A model generated the notes under the pieces. The model was not told the origin of the DNA and did not search any database. It worked only from the letters and a program-made list of their open reading frames with translations. From the NCBI GenBank assembly GCA_016699205.1, contig CP064964.1, positions 360,001 to 392,000 on the forward strand: 32,000 nt of DNA, given 5' to 3'. Position numbers and translations under genes: made by a program. This document shows, one piece after another, positions 1 to 7,145 of the stretch (within the stretch, counting starts at the first letter, position 1; every line of letters begins with the position of its first letter). This DNA is from Candidatus Saccharimonadota bacterium. Its GTDB lineage: Bacteria; Patescibacteriota; Patescibacteriia; 2-12-FULL-60-25.

Positions 1-58
1 CCGGCTCAGCGTTCCGGCGTCATGATAACACCGATAACGAAAAAGCCGGTTTAACTAC

Positions 59-346
59 CTAAGCCTTGCTCGCCTTTTTGGCAGCCTTGGTAGCGGCACG
101 CTTGGCCGTCTTGATCTTCTTGGAACCGACGCCTGCGCGGTCTTCCTTGGCCTTGGCGAGGCGGGCGAACTTGTCGATACGGCCTGCGGTGTCGACGAGG
201 TTCTGCTTGCCCGTGTAGAACGGGTGGCAAGCGGAACAAAGTTCTACGCTGATCTCAGGAACGGTAGAACCGACCGTGACAACATTGCCACAGACACACG
301 AGATTTTTGCATCAGCGGTGTACGCTGGGTGGATTTCAGCCTTCAT
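59..346 (-). CDS. rpmE: 50S ribosomal protein L31 (Zn-ribbon type)
   Basis: Track ORF 59..388 starts at TTG; canonical L31 N-terminus MKAEIHP begins at ATG 346; CVCG and [12 protein letters not shown] motifs; Lys/Ala tail; TAG stop. Confidence 0.9.
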   Translation of the reverse strand: MKAEIHPAYTADAKISCVCGNVVTVGSTVPEISVELCSACHPFYTGKQNLVDTAGRIDKFARLAKAKEDRAGVGSKKIKTAKRAATKAAKKASKA

Positions 347-392
347 AGGATTGAGCCGTAGGTTAGCAGAAACCTTGGTAAATGGCAAGAGT

Positions 393-421
393 TTGACTCT
401 GCAGCACTTTTTGGCTTAGAT
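393..421 (+). promoter_or_regulatory. sigma70-like promoter for 449..886
   Basis: TTGACT (393-398), 17 nt spacer, TTAGAT (416-421); downstream AGGAGG at 439-444, 4 nt before ATG 449. Confidence 0.35.
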
Positions 422-448
422 AAGCTGGTTCTTTTATCAGGAGGCTCA

Positions 449-886
449 ATGACCAAAGAAGTGGAAGAGTCGACGTTCATCGAGTTCAGCCGGACGCTGA
501 CCGACGCAAAGGCAGGGTTCACGATCGCCGTCTTCATCAAGCTGGGCGAGGATGGCGTGACCATCGGGCACGACTTTGGGACAAGCGACGGGATGACCAA
601 TGCTACAGCTCAGGGGCAGATCAGTATCAAGAGTCTCAAGAATCTCCTCGAATTGTGCCGCGATACGAATACTGACGGAGTCGGTGTCGAGACCATGATG
701 CGTGCGTACAACCAGGACACGCGCAGTATGGAGAGCGAGGTGGAGAGCCTCCAGATCTCGTTCGAAGAGCCGTTGAACTTCCGGCCGTTCCTCCTTCAAT
801 TTCTACCGATCATCATCAAGGCGGCAGAACTGCTCGACAAGAGCGTTCTTCCCCAGGCGACAAATCCATCGATCGCCAAGTGCTGA
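449..886 (+). CDS. hypothetical protein (145 aa, no recognised domain)
   Basis: ORF with strong SD AGGAGG, TGA stop followed by hairpin terminator; preferred over antisense ORF 446..799, which has no signals. GC3-rich, AAG/GAG codon preference. Confidence 0.6.
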   Translation: MTKEVEESTFIEFSRTLTDAKAGFTIAVFIKLGEDGVTIGHDFGTSDGMTNATAQGQISIKSLKNLLELCRDTNTDGVGVETMMRAYNQDTRSMESEVESLQISFEEPLNFRPFLLQFLPIIIKAAELLDKSVLPQATNPSIAKC

Positions 887-892
887 CTGAAA

Positions 893-920
893 ACGCCCCG
901 CCGATTCTCGTGCGGGGCGT
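893..920. terminator. hairpin terminator between convergent genes
   Basis: ACGCCCCGC (893-901) pairs with GCGGGGCGT (912-920), 10-nt loop, followed by TTTCTG; sits between stop 886 (+) and stop 926 (-). Confidence 0.6.
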
Positions 921-925
921 TTCTG

Positions 926-2020
926 TTAGATGACGAGGCGCTTAATCACGAACCAATAGACACGCATCAAGGGATTGCCGATGTAGTCGAGTACGGGATT
1001 GCGGACGGCTTCTTCTTGGAATCGGATATCTGCGACAGCGAGCCGGAGTAATTCACGATCGCCAATGGAACGCGTCGCGCGAATTACCTTGCGACGAGCC
1101 CTGATCCAGCGCCAGAATTTTGGATCAAACCATTCTCGAATTTGTTTCCATTTCATGTCAGACCAACCGTTTTTGATCGAGAACGCCGTGAGCGCGAGGT
1201 CCATAACGAATGCCATTGGAGCGATCAGAAGAAGGGTCCAGAATCGATAATAGGAAAGAACGATCGCCCAGCGATTACGCTCCATCCAGTAGTAATTGAT
1301 TTTGGCTTTTGCGAATTGATAGTGATGCCAGACAATAGAACGCGGCTCAAGCATGATTTTGTAGCCGCGTGATCGAAGACGCAGAGAAATATCCGTGTCC
1401 TCGTGATAGGAAAAGAATTTTTCGTCGAAGAGCGGCTCGCCGCTTAATGCGGAGATACGGACGAGCATGGCGGCACCGGAAGCGTAACCGATTTCTTCAC
1501 GTGTCACGCGGCACGCTTCACGCGTCATACGGTAATCATTCGAATATCCGAACCCAAGAAAATGGTAGGCGTTTCCTGATGAGTTAATTCGATCACGATC
1601 TTGTCCGAGCAGCATGAGCGATTGCACGATGCCGATTTTTTCATCCGACTGTATGCGTTCTACGGCTGTTTTCAAGAACTCGGGATCGACATCGGTATCT
1701 TCATTCAAAAGGTAGATGAATTCACAGCCAAGTTCACGAGCTTTCTCGAGGCCGAGATTATTGTTGCCGGAGAAACCGATTTCTTGATCTCGAAAAATAT
1801 AGGAAATGCGCGGGAGACTTGTTCCGGATTTTGGAAGCCATGTTTGATCAAACCAAGGTTTGATCGGTTCGCGGCTGCCTTTGGACTCGACACAAATAAG
1901 CTCTACGGATTCACGCGGATAATCGAGCTTCTCGAGCGAAGACAAGCATCGATCAATGTCCTCGCGGCCATTGCTCGTTGGAAATGTCAGATAGATAATG
2001 CCGACTTTTGGGAGACTCAT
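926..2020 (-). CDS. family 2 glycosyltransferase with C-terminal membrane segments
   Basis: 364-aa ORF; GT-A N-terminus (VGIIYLTFPT..., LLNEDTDVD DxD-like motif), hydrophobic C-terminal third; ATGA overlap with upstream GT2. Confidence 0.8.
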   Translation of the reverse strand: MSLPKVGIIYLTFPTSNGREDIDRCLSSLEKLDYPRESVELICVESKGSREPIKPWFDQTWLPKSGTSLPRISYIFRDQEIGFSGNNNLGLEKARELGCEFIYLLNEDTDVDPEFLKTAVERIQSDEKIGIVQSLMLLGQDRDRINSSGNAYHFLGFGYSNDYRMTREACRVTREEIGYASGAAMLVRISALSGEPLFDEKFFSYHEDTDISLRLRSRGYKIMLEPRSIVWHHYQFAKAKINYYWMERNRWAIVLSYYRFWTLLLIAPMAFVMDLALTAFSIKNGWSDMKWKQIREWFDPKFWRWIRARRKVIRATRSIGDRELLRLAVADIRFQEEAVRNPVLDYIGNPLMRVYWFVIKRLVI

Positions 2021-2892
2021 ACGAGCATGCGGCTATGCGGAAGACCGAGCTTTTCCAGCTCTTTGCGTCGCTTCCACATGCGAGGAAATGATTTGGCGAG
2101 AGAGAATACGGCGCTCACCCAAACGATTGGCGAGGTAATAAATACAAGGAGTGTTCGAGCCAACTCTTGCGTGAGCGATTTCCAAAAATCTGAAAAACCA
2201 AGAGAAAGCGCTGCGTGCAGGGTGTAGAGATGATGCTGGTTGATGTAGGCGTGACGACGCAGTAGCGCTGGGCGTTTTCTCTCTGCGATAAAGCGCGCGA
2301 CAAAACCACTTCCCTCTTCTTTGATTCCGCGTTTGTGCCAGGCGATGGCGAGCGGCTCAAACCAAGCCATGAAACCGGCGCGCTTTAATCTGATCGCGAG
2401 ATCGACGTCTTCCTTATACATGAACCAGACCGGATCAAAGAGACCGCCGGCTTTCTCGATCGCGGAACGGCGATATATACCGACAGCACCGGAGACACCA
2501 AAGACTTCCCCGGATTCTGGATTGGTTTGGCGGTCAACGACGCGCGCAAGACAACGATACTCGAGACCGGTTGTGTCGATCGTTACTCCGTCCATACGAT
2601 AGACAAGTCCCGTGACGCTTGCGATGCGCTCGTCTGACTCGATGCGCCGCATCGCATGCTCGAGGTATTGCGCATCAAGCTTGGCATCATCGTTTAACAG
2701 CATCACAAATGGCGCGTCATGCTGGCGGTAAAGCGCTGCGTGTCCTCCGGCAAACCCGATATTTTCTTCTACGGCATTATCCCGATACCAAACCTCAAAA
2801 TCACGAAATGTCTGTGCCTCGAGCGAGGCTTTGAGCGCATCAATCGTGTCTTTGCTGTGATACAAAATCACCTGTACGGCAAGTCTCGCCAT
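2017..2892 (-). CDS. family 2 glycosyltransferase
   Basis: 291-aa ORF; LLNDDAKLD DxD-like motif, GT2-type core, C-terminal hydrophobic helix; stop overlaps next start (ATGA). Confidence 0.8.
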   Translation of the reverse strand: MARLAVQVILYHSKDTIDALKASLEAQTFRDFEVWYRDNAVEENIGFAGGHAALYRQHDAPFVMLLNDDAKLDAQYLEHAMRRIESDERIASVTGLVYRMDGVTIDTTGLEYRCLARVVDRQTNPESGEVFGVSGAVGIYRRSAIEKAGGLFDPVWFMYKEDVDLAIRLKRAGFMAWFEPLAIAWHKRGIKEEGSGFVARFIAERKRPALLRRHAYINQHHLYTLHAALSLGFSDFWKSLTQELARTLLVFITSPIVWVSAVFSLAKSFPRMWKRRKELEKLGLPHSRMLV

Positions 2893-2893
2893 A

Positions 2894-3752
2894 TCAATAC
2901 ATCACCATGTCAGCGACTTGCGCCGCAATAAGAACAGCGGGACGAGCGGCGCGAATGACCCACACGCGCCAGCCAGGATGCCACTTCTCAAAGTACGAAA
3001 GCATCGAACGCATGAAATGCGTTTGCTTCCAAAAGAGATGACGCTGCTTGAAACTCTCCCCGACCAAGTCATGCGCGACAATCGATGGCACGTACATGAC
3101 TTTCATATTGTGGAAATGCGCACGCTTGCAATAGTCGACTTCTTCAAACCAAATATAGTAACGCTCATCGAGTGTGCCGAGCTTGTCGAGAGCGGTGCGG
3201 TTGATCGCGAAGTAGGAACCGCGAACGGTGTCAACGGATTGTTCGTGGTCGGGATTTAGATCGAGAGCGTGGTACTTGTCGAGTAAGCGCGGGAACAGTT
3301 TACCGAGCTTGAACATGACAACGAGCTGGTCGCCGATGGTCGGGAAACGTCGGAAATGATGAATTGGTTTTCCGTGTTTGTTGAGAAGTTTGCCGGACAC
3401 GACGGCGACATCAGGATGTGAATCGAGGTACGCGACCGTTTTGGCGAGCGCATCGGCCTCGACGAGCATGTCGGGATTAAGAAGCAGAATGTGTCGCGAG
3501 TTGGAAGCTTCTATTCCTTGGTTGCATGCCTTGGAGAAACCATGATTTTCCGTGTTGGCGATGACGGTGACGTCCGGATAGGAAGCGCGAAGGGCATCGA
3601 CCGTGCCGTCCTTGGAGTGATTATCGACCACGATGATCTCAATATTGACTCCGACTGCTTTTGCGCAGTGAATCGATATTTTTGAGCAAGACATCGCGCA
3701 CGTTCCAAGAAACGATGATGACCGCAAGATCTTTTTGGCTTATTTGGGCCAT
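2894..3752 (-). pseudogene. family 2 glycosyltransferase, frameshifted near N-terminus
   Basis: True GT2 N-terminus MAQISQKDLAVIIVSWNVRDVLLKNIDSLRK is in frame A (ATG 3752, stops at TGA 3639-3641). The rest (AVGVNIEIIVVDNHSKDGT...LLLNPDMLVE...) is in the frame of track ORF 2894..3727. Removing one A from the A4 run (3659-3662) fuses them. Confidence 0.7.
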
Positions 3753-3814
3753 AAATCGTCAATAACCGTAGCATGCTTGGACAAGCCGTCAATCTTGATG
3801 AAAAATGCGGACAT

Positions 3815-4786
3815 ATGCACTTGCTTGTGACGGGAGGCGCTGGATTTATCGGCTCGAACTTTGTTCGATATTGGTTAGCGAATCATCCGGAAGACAAGGT
3901 CACTAATTTGGATGCGCTTACCTATGCAGGTAATCCGCGGAATCTTGATGGGATCGATGGGACCCGCCATACCTTTATTCATGGCGATATACGCGATGTC
4001 GCGACCGTTGAGCGAGCGATGGATGGCGTTGAGATGGTGGTGCATTTTGCCGCCGAGTCGCATGTTGACCGATCGATTGATGGTGCGCGCATCTTTTTGG
4101 AAACAAATGTACTGGGAACGCATACGCTTCTCGAAGAAGTTCGGCGACGCGGCGAACAGATCAAGCGTTTCCATCATATTTCTACCGATGAAGTTTTTGG
4201 GACATTGAATATCAACTCGACGGAAAAGTTTCACGAAGACACGCCTTACGATCCGCGTTCTCCGTATAGCGCATCGAAGGCAGCGAGCGATCATATTGTG
4301 CGGTCGTATTTCCATACGCATGGATTGCCCGTGACGATCTCGAACTGTTCGAACAATTACGGCCCGTATCATTTTCCAGAAAAACTGATTCCGCTCATGA
4401 TCGTGAATGCGATGCGTGATATTCCCCTCCCCGTTTATGGCGATGGCATGAACATTCGCGACTGGATTCATGTTGAAGATCACTGTGCTGGAATCGAGGC
4501 GGTGTTATCGAATGGAAAAGTTGGTGAGACGTATTGTCTTGGTGGAAATGCGGAACGACACAATATTGATGTGGTGAAACAGATTCTTGAGCTGACGGGG
4601 AAACCGGAGTCGTTGATCAAATATGTGGAGGATCGAAAGGGACATGATCGACGGTATGCGATTGATTCAAGTAAAGCGAAGAAGGAATTGGGGTGGGTGC
4701 CGAAGAAGACGTTCGAACAAGGTTTGAAAGAGACGGTTGAGTGGTACAAGAATAATGAGAATTGGTGGAGGCCGTTGGTGAAATAA
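3815..4786 (+). CDS. rfbB: dTDP-glucose 4,6-dehydratase
   Basis: Track ORF 3773..4786; conserved start MHLLVTGGAGFIGSNFV at ATG 3815; YSASKAASD (YxxxK) and the rest typical of RmlB. Confidence 0.9.
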   Translation: MHLLVTGGAGFIGSNFVRYWLANHPEDKVTNLDALTYAGNPRNLDGIDGTRHTFIHGDIRDVATVERAMDGVEMVVHFAAESHVDRSIDGARIFLETNVLGTHTLLEEVRRRGEQIKRFHHISTDEVFGTLNINSTEKFHEDTPYDPRSPYSASKAASDHIVRSYFHTHGLPVTISNCSNNYGPYHFPEKLIPLMIVNAMRDIPLPVYGDGMNIRDWIHVEDHCAGIEAVLSNGKVGETYCLGGNAERHNIDVVKQILELTGKPESLIKYVEDRKGHDRRYAIDSSKAKKELGWVPKKTFEQGLKETVEWYKNNENWWRPLVK

Positions 4787-5280
4787 AATTCAGAACGCCC
4801 GCACGGAGTTATCCATGCGGGCGTTGTAGTTGTGGTCAGGGGACTGATCTCGCGGAAGGCGACGAAGCCACCGTCGAAATCACTCATGCCAGCGTAAAAC
4901 AATGTACGTCTGACCACGATATTTCTGTAGTAGGCCACAAACGTATCTTCTCTGGCGGCTCTGCCATGCAGCTCGAGTGTTGGGTGCATGCGGTGGATTG
5001 AAACCCAAACACCCAAAGGCTGCTTTTGCAACAGCCACATGATGAAGGCCGCCGTATTACCCTGGAAGCCGAAGGTACGGAAGTACTCTTGGATCTCATC
5101 TTGGTCCACATAGCAACCCGGTGACCAAGTCATTGCCTCGTATCGCTTCCCGGGCTCGTCCCTCATGAAATCACACTGTCTCGTAAGGTCCTCAGGACTG
5201 GTGAGCTTGAGCTCTCGCTCAGCGAGCTTTGCCATGTCCTTGGCCGTGACATTCGTCGGAATCTGCACAAAATCCATCAC
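4480..5280 (-). CDS. hypothetical protein; 3' third runs through a terminator and antisense into rfbB
   Basis: SD AAGGAG (5285-5290) 4 nt before ATG 5280; the first ~165 codons look coding (GC3-rich); no in-frame stop until 4480. Confidence 0.45.
   Translation of the reverse strand: MMDFVQIPTNVTAKDMAKLAERELKLTSPEDLTRQCDFMRDEPGKRYEAMTWSPGCYVDQDEIQEYFRTFGFQGNTAAFIMWLLQKQPLGVWVSIHRMHPTLELHGRAAREDTFVAYYRNIVVRRTLFYAGMSDFDGGFVAFREISPLTTTTTPAWITPCGRSEFYFTNGLHQFSLFLYHSTVSFKPCSNVFFGTHPNSFFALLESIAYRRSCPFRSSTYLINDSGFPVSSRICFTTSILCRSAFPPRQYVSPTFPFDNTASIPAQ
4794..4825. terminator. 10-bp hairpin after rfbB, with a U-tract on the minus-strand side
   Basis: AACGCCCGCA (4794-4803) pairs with TGCGGGCGTT (4816-4825). 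On the minus strand it is followed by CTGAATTTTATTT. Confidence 0.55.
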
Positions 5281-5315
5281 GACTCTCCTTTTCTTCCCTA
5301 AATTAGGGACTTGAT

Positions 5316-5344
5316 AAAATAGCTTATTTTTATCGCTTTGTCAA
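5316..5344 (-). promoter_or_regulatory. sigma70-like promoter for 4480..5280
   Basis: Minus strand TTGACA (5339-5344), 17 nt spacer, TATTTT (5316-5321). A second TTGACA on the plus strand (5348-5353) forms the inverted repeat TGTCAA-CCG-TTGACA. Confidence 0.4.
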
Positions 5345-5402
5345 CCGTTGACACCTGCTCGAAATGTCGGTGCTTTTGGTGTAAGACAAAGGCTGAAATC
5401 GT

Positions 5403-7028
5403 ATGAAAATCCTTGTTTTTGGATCAAAAGGCTTTATCGGCGGGCGCATGCTCGAGACATGGCCGGAAGCCGTAGGGACGGATGCGCGTATCGATGATAA
5501 GGCGGCTGTTTTGAAAGCCATCGACGAGCATAAGCCGGATGCCGTCGTGAATGCCGCTGGTCGCACGGGACGGCCGAATGTGGATTGGTGCGAGACGCAT
5601 CAGGTCGAGACGATGCATGACAACGTGATCGGTGCGTTGATTTTGGCGGAGGCGTGTCAGGAACGCGGAATCTACATGCTGCATCTTTCAAGCGGCTGTG
5701 TGTTTTATGGCGACTCCCCTGATCCACGCGGCTGGAAGGAAGATGATCATGCCAATCCGAGCGCGACGTATTCTCGCGCCAAGTACGCAGCCGAGCTTCC
5801 GCTCATGACGTATCCAAATGTTTCGATTGTGCGTTTGCGCATGCCGATCGATGAGCGTCCGGGTGAGCGCAATCTCATCGACAAGCTCGCGAAGTACAAA
5901 CAAGTGATCGACGTGACAAATAGCGTGACCGTTATCAAAGATTTGGTCGATGTTTGCTATCAGCTCATTCAGCGCAAAGCGACGGGTATTTTCCACGCCG
6001 TGAATCCGGGCATCATGCGTCATCGTGATTTGATGAGCTTGTACCGAGAACTTGTCGACCCAAATCACCAGACCGAGTGGATTACGGAACAAGATTTGGT
6101 TGCGAAAGGATTGGCTACAAAGAAACGTTCCAACAACATCATGCAGAGCGATCGCTTGAAGGCGCTCGGGATTGAGATGCGTCCGATTGATATCGCTTTG
6201 CGCGATACGATGATGAAGTATGCGGCTACGAAACGCGCGAGTGAGAGACCGGCTGTGCCGAGTTTTCTCGCAAGTCCTCAACAGAATATGGATCGGAACA
6301 ATGCACCATCAACAACGAAGCGGATGAAGGGCGTTATTCTTGCAGGCGGAAAAGGTACGCGACTCGCGCCGCTTACAAATATTACGAACAAGCATCTGCT
6401 CCCCGTTGCTGATAAGCAGATGGTGCTCTATCCCCTTCAGACGCTGCTTGATGCCGGGATTCGCGAGATCCTGATTGTAACCGGACCTGACCATGCAGGA
6501 CATTTCATGAACTTGCTCGGAAGCGGTTCCAAACTTGGATGCCGACTTACGTATCGTGTTCAAGATGAGGCTGGAGGCATTCCACATGCACTCGCCTTGG
6601 CTGAAGACTTTGTCGGTGATGACCATGTGACCGTCATCCTTGGCGACAATATCTTTGAAGATAATTTCTCGGCTCCGATCAGCTCATTCCAGAGCGGCGC
6701 GGTTACTTTCTACAAAGCTGTACCTGATGCACACCGTTTTGGCGTGGTTGAAATCGATGCATACGGACATGTGATCTCGATCGAAGAAAAACCACAAAAT
6801 CCTAAAACGAACTTCGCGCAGGCTGGCCTCTACATCTATGACAGCGGCGTCTTTGACATCATCCGCCATCTCCGACCATCGGGACGCGGCGAGCTTGAAA
6901 TTGTCGATGTGAACAATGCGTATTTACAGAAGCGACAGCTCGTCGCTAAGCCGGTCCGTGGATTCTGGACGGATGCGGGAACGTTTGAGAGTCTCCAGCG
7001 CGCCAACGAGTATTTCTCAAAAAAGTAG
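5403..7028 (+). CDS. fusion protein: NRS/ER-type dTDP-4-keto-6-deoxyhexose 3,5-epimerase/4-reductase (N-terminal) plus glucose-1-phosphate thymidylyltransferase RmlA (C-terminal)
   Basis: Single 541-aa frame. N-terminal domain: GSKGFIGG, NAAGRTGRPNVDWCETHQVET, YSRAKY, VRLRMPI. C-terminal domain from ATG 6324: MKGVILAGGKGTRLAPLT...ILGDNIF...GLYIYD. TAG stop. Confidence 0.85.
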   Translation: MKILVFGSKGFIGGRMLETWPEAVGTDARIDDKAAVLKAIDEHKPDAVVNAAGRTGRPNVDWCETHQVETMHDNVIGALILAEACQERGIYMLHLSSGCVFYGDSPDPRGWKEDDHANPSATYSRAKYAAELPLMTYPNVSIVRLRMPIDERPGERNLIDKLAKYKQVIDVTNSVTVIKDLVDVCYQLIQRKATGIFHAVNPGIMRHRDLMSLYRELVDPNHQTEWITEQDLVAKGLATKKRSNNIMQSDRLKALGIEMRPIDIALRDTMMKYAATKRASERPAVPSFLASPQQNMDRNNAPSTTKRMKGVILAGGKGTRLAPLTNITNKHLLPVADKQMVLYPLQTLLDAGIREILIVTGPDHAGHFMNLLGSGSKLGCRLTYRVQDEAGGIPHALALAEDFVGDDHVTVILGDNIFEDNFSAPISSFQSGAVTFYKAVPDAHRFGVVEIDAYGHVISIEEKPQNPKTNFAQAGLYIYDSGVFDIIRHLRPSGRGELEIVDVNNAYLQKRQLVAKPVRGFWTDAGTFESLQRANEYFSKK

Positions 7029-7032
7029 TCTT

Positions 7033-7059
7033 GTCATTCCAGCGAAGGCTGGAATCCAG
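7033..7059 (+). repeat. 27-nt palindromic repeat element (GTCATTCC...GGAATCCAG family)
   Basis: GTCATTCCAGCGAAGGCTGGAATCCAG; internal hairpin TTCCAGC-GAAG-GCTGGAA. Related copies at 7096, 28668 and 28716. Confidence 0.65.
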
Positions 7060-7095
7060 TCCAGCTCATCAGAACATTTATTCGATCTAGCTCAG

Positions 7096-7122
7096 CTGGA
7101 TTCCCGTTTTCACGGGAATGAC
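7096..7122 (-). repeat. 27-nt palindromic repeat element, inverted copy
   Basis: Plus strand CTGGATTCCCGTTTTCACGGGAATGAC, reverse complement GTCATTCCCGTGAAAACGGGAATCCAG. Same termini as 7033 but a different, self-complementary core. Confidence 0.65.
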
Positions 7123-7130
7123 ATAAGAGC

Positions 7131-7139
7131 TGATATACT
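7131..7139 (+). promoter_or_regulatory. extended -10 promoter (TGaTATACT), 6 nt before ATG 7146
   Basis: TGATATACT then CTCCCC then ATG; no SD. Confidence 0.4.
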
Positions 7140-7145
7140 CTCCCC

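Noticed and set aside
446-799. 117-aa minus-strand ORF overlapping 449..886.
   Set aside because: It has no SD or promoter. The plus-strand ORF has AGGAGG, a promoter-like element and a terminator. The minus ORF is an antisense shadow of a GC3-rich gene.
5348-5380. Plus-strand promoter for the rml fusion gene, starting from TTGACA at 5348-5353.
   Set aside because: No acceptable -10 hexamer lies at 16-18 nt (TGCTTT/GCTTTT). The -35 match may simply be the mirror half of the TGTCAA-CCG-TTGACA inverted repeat.
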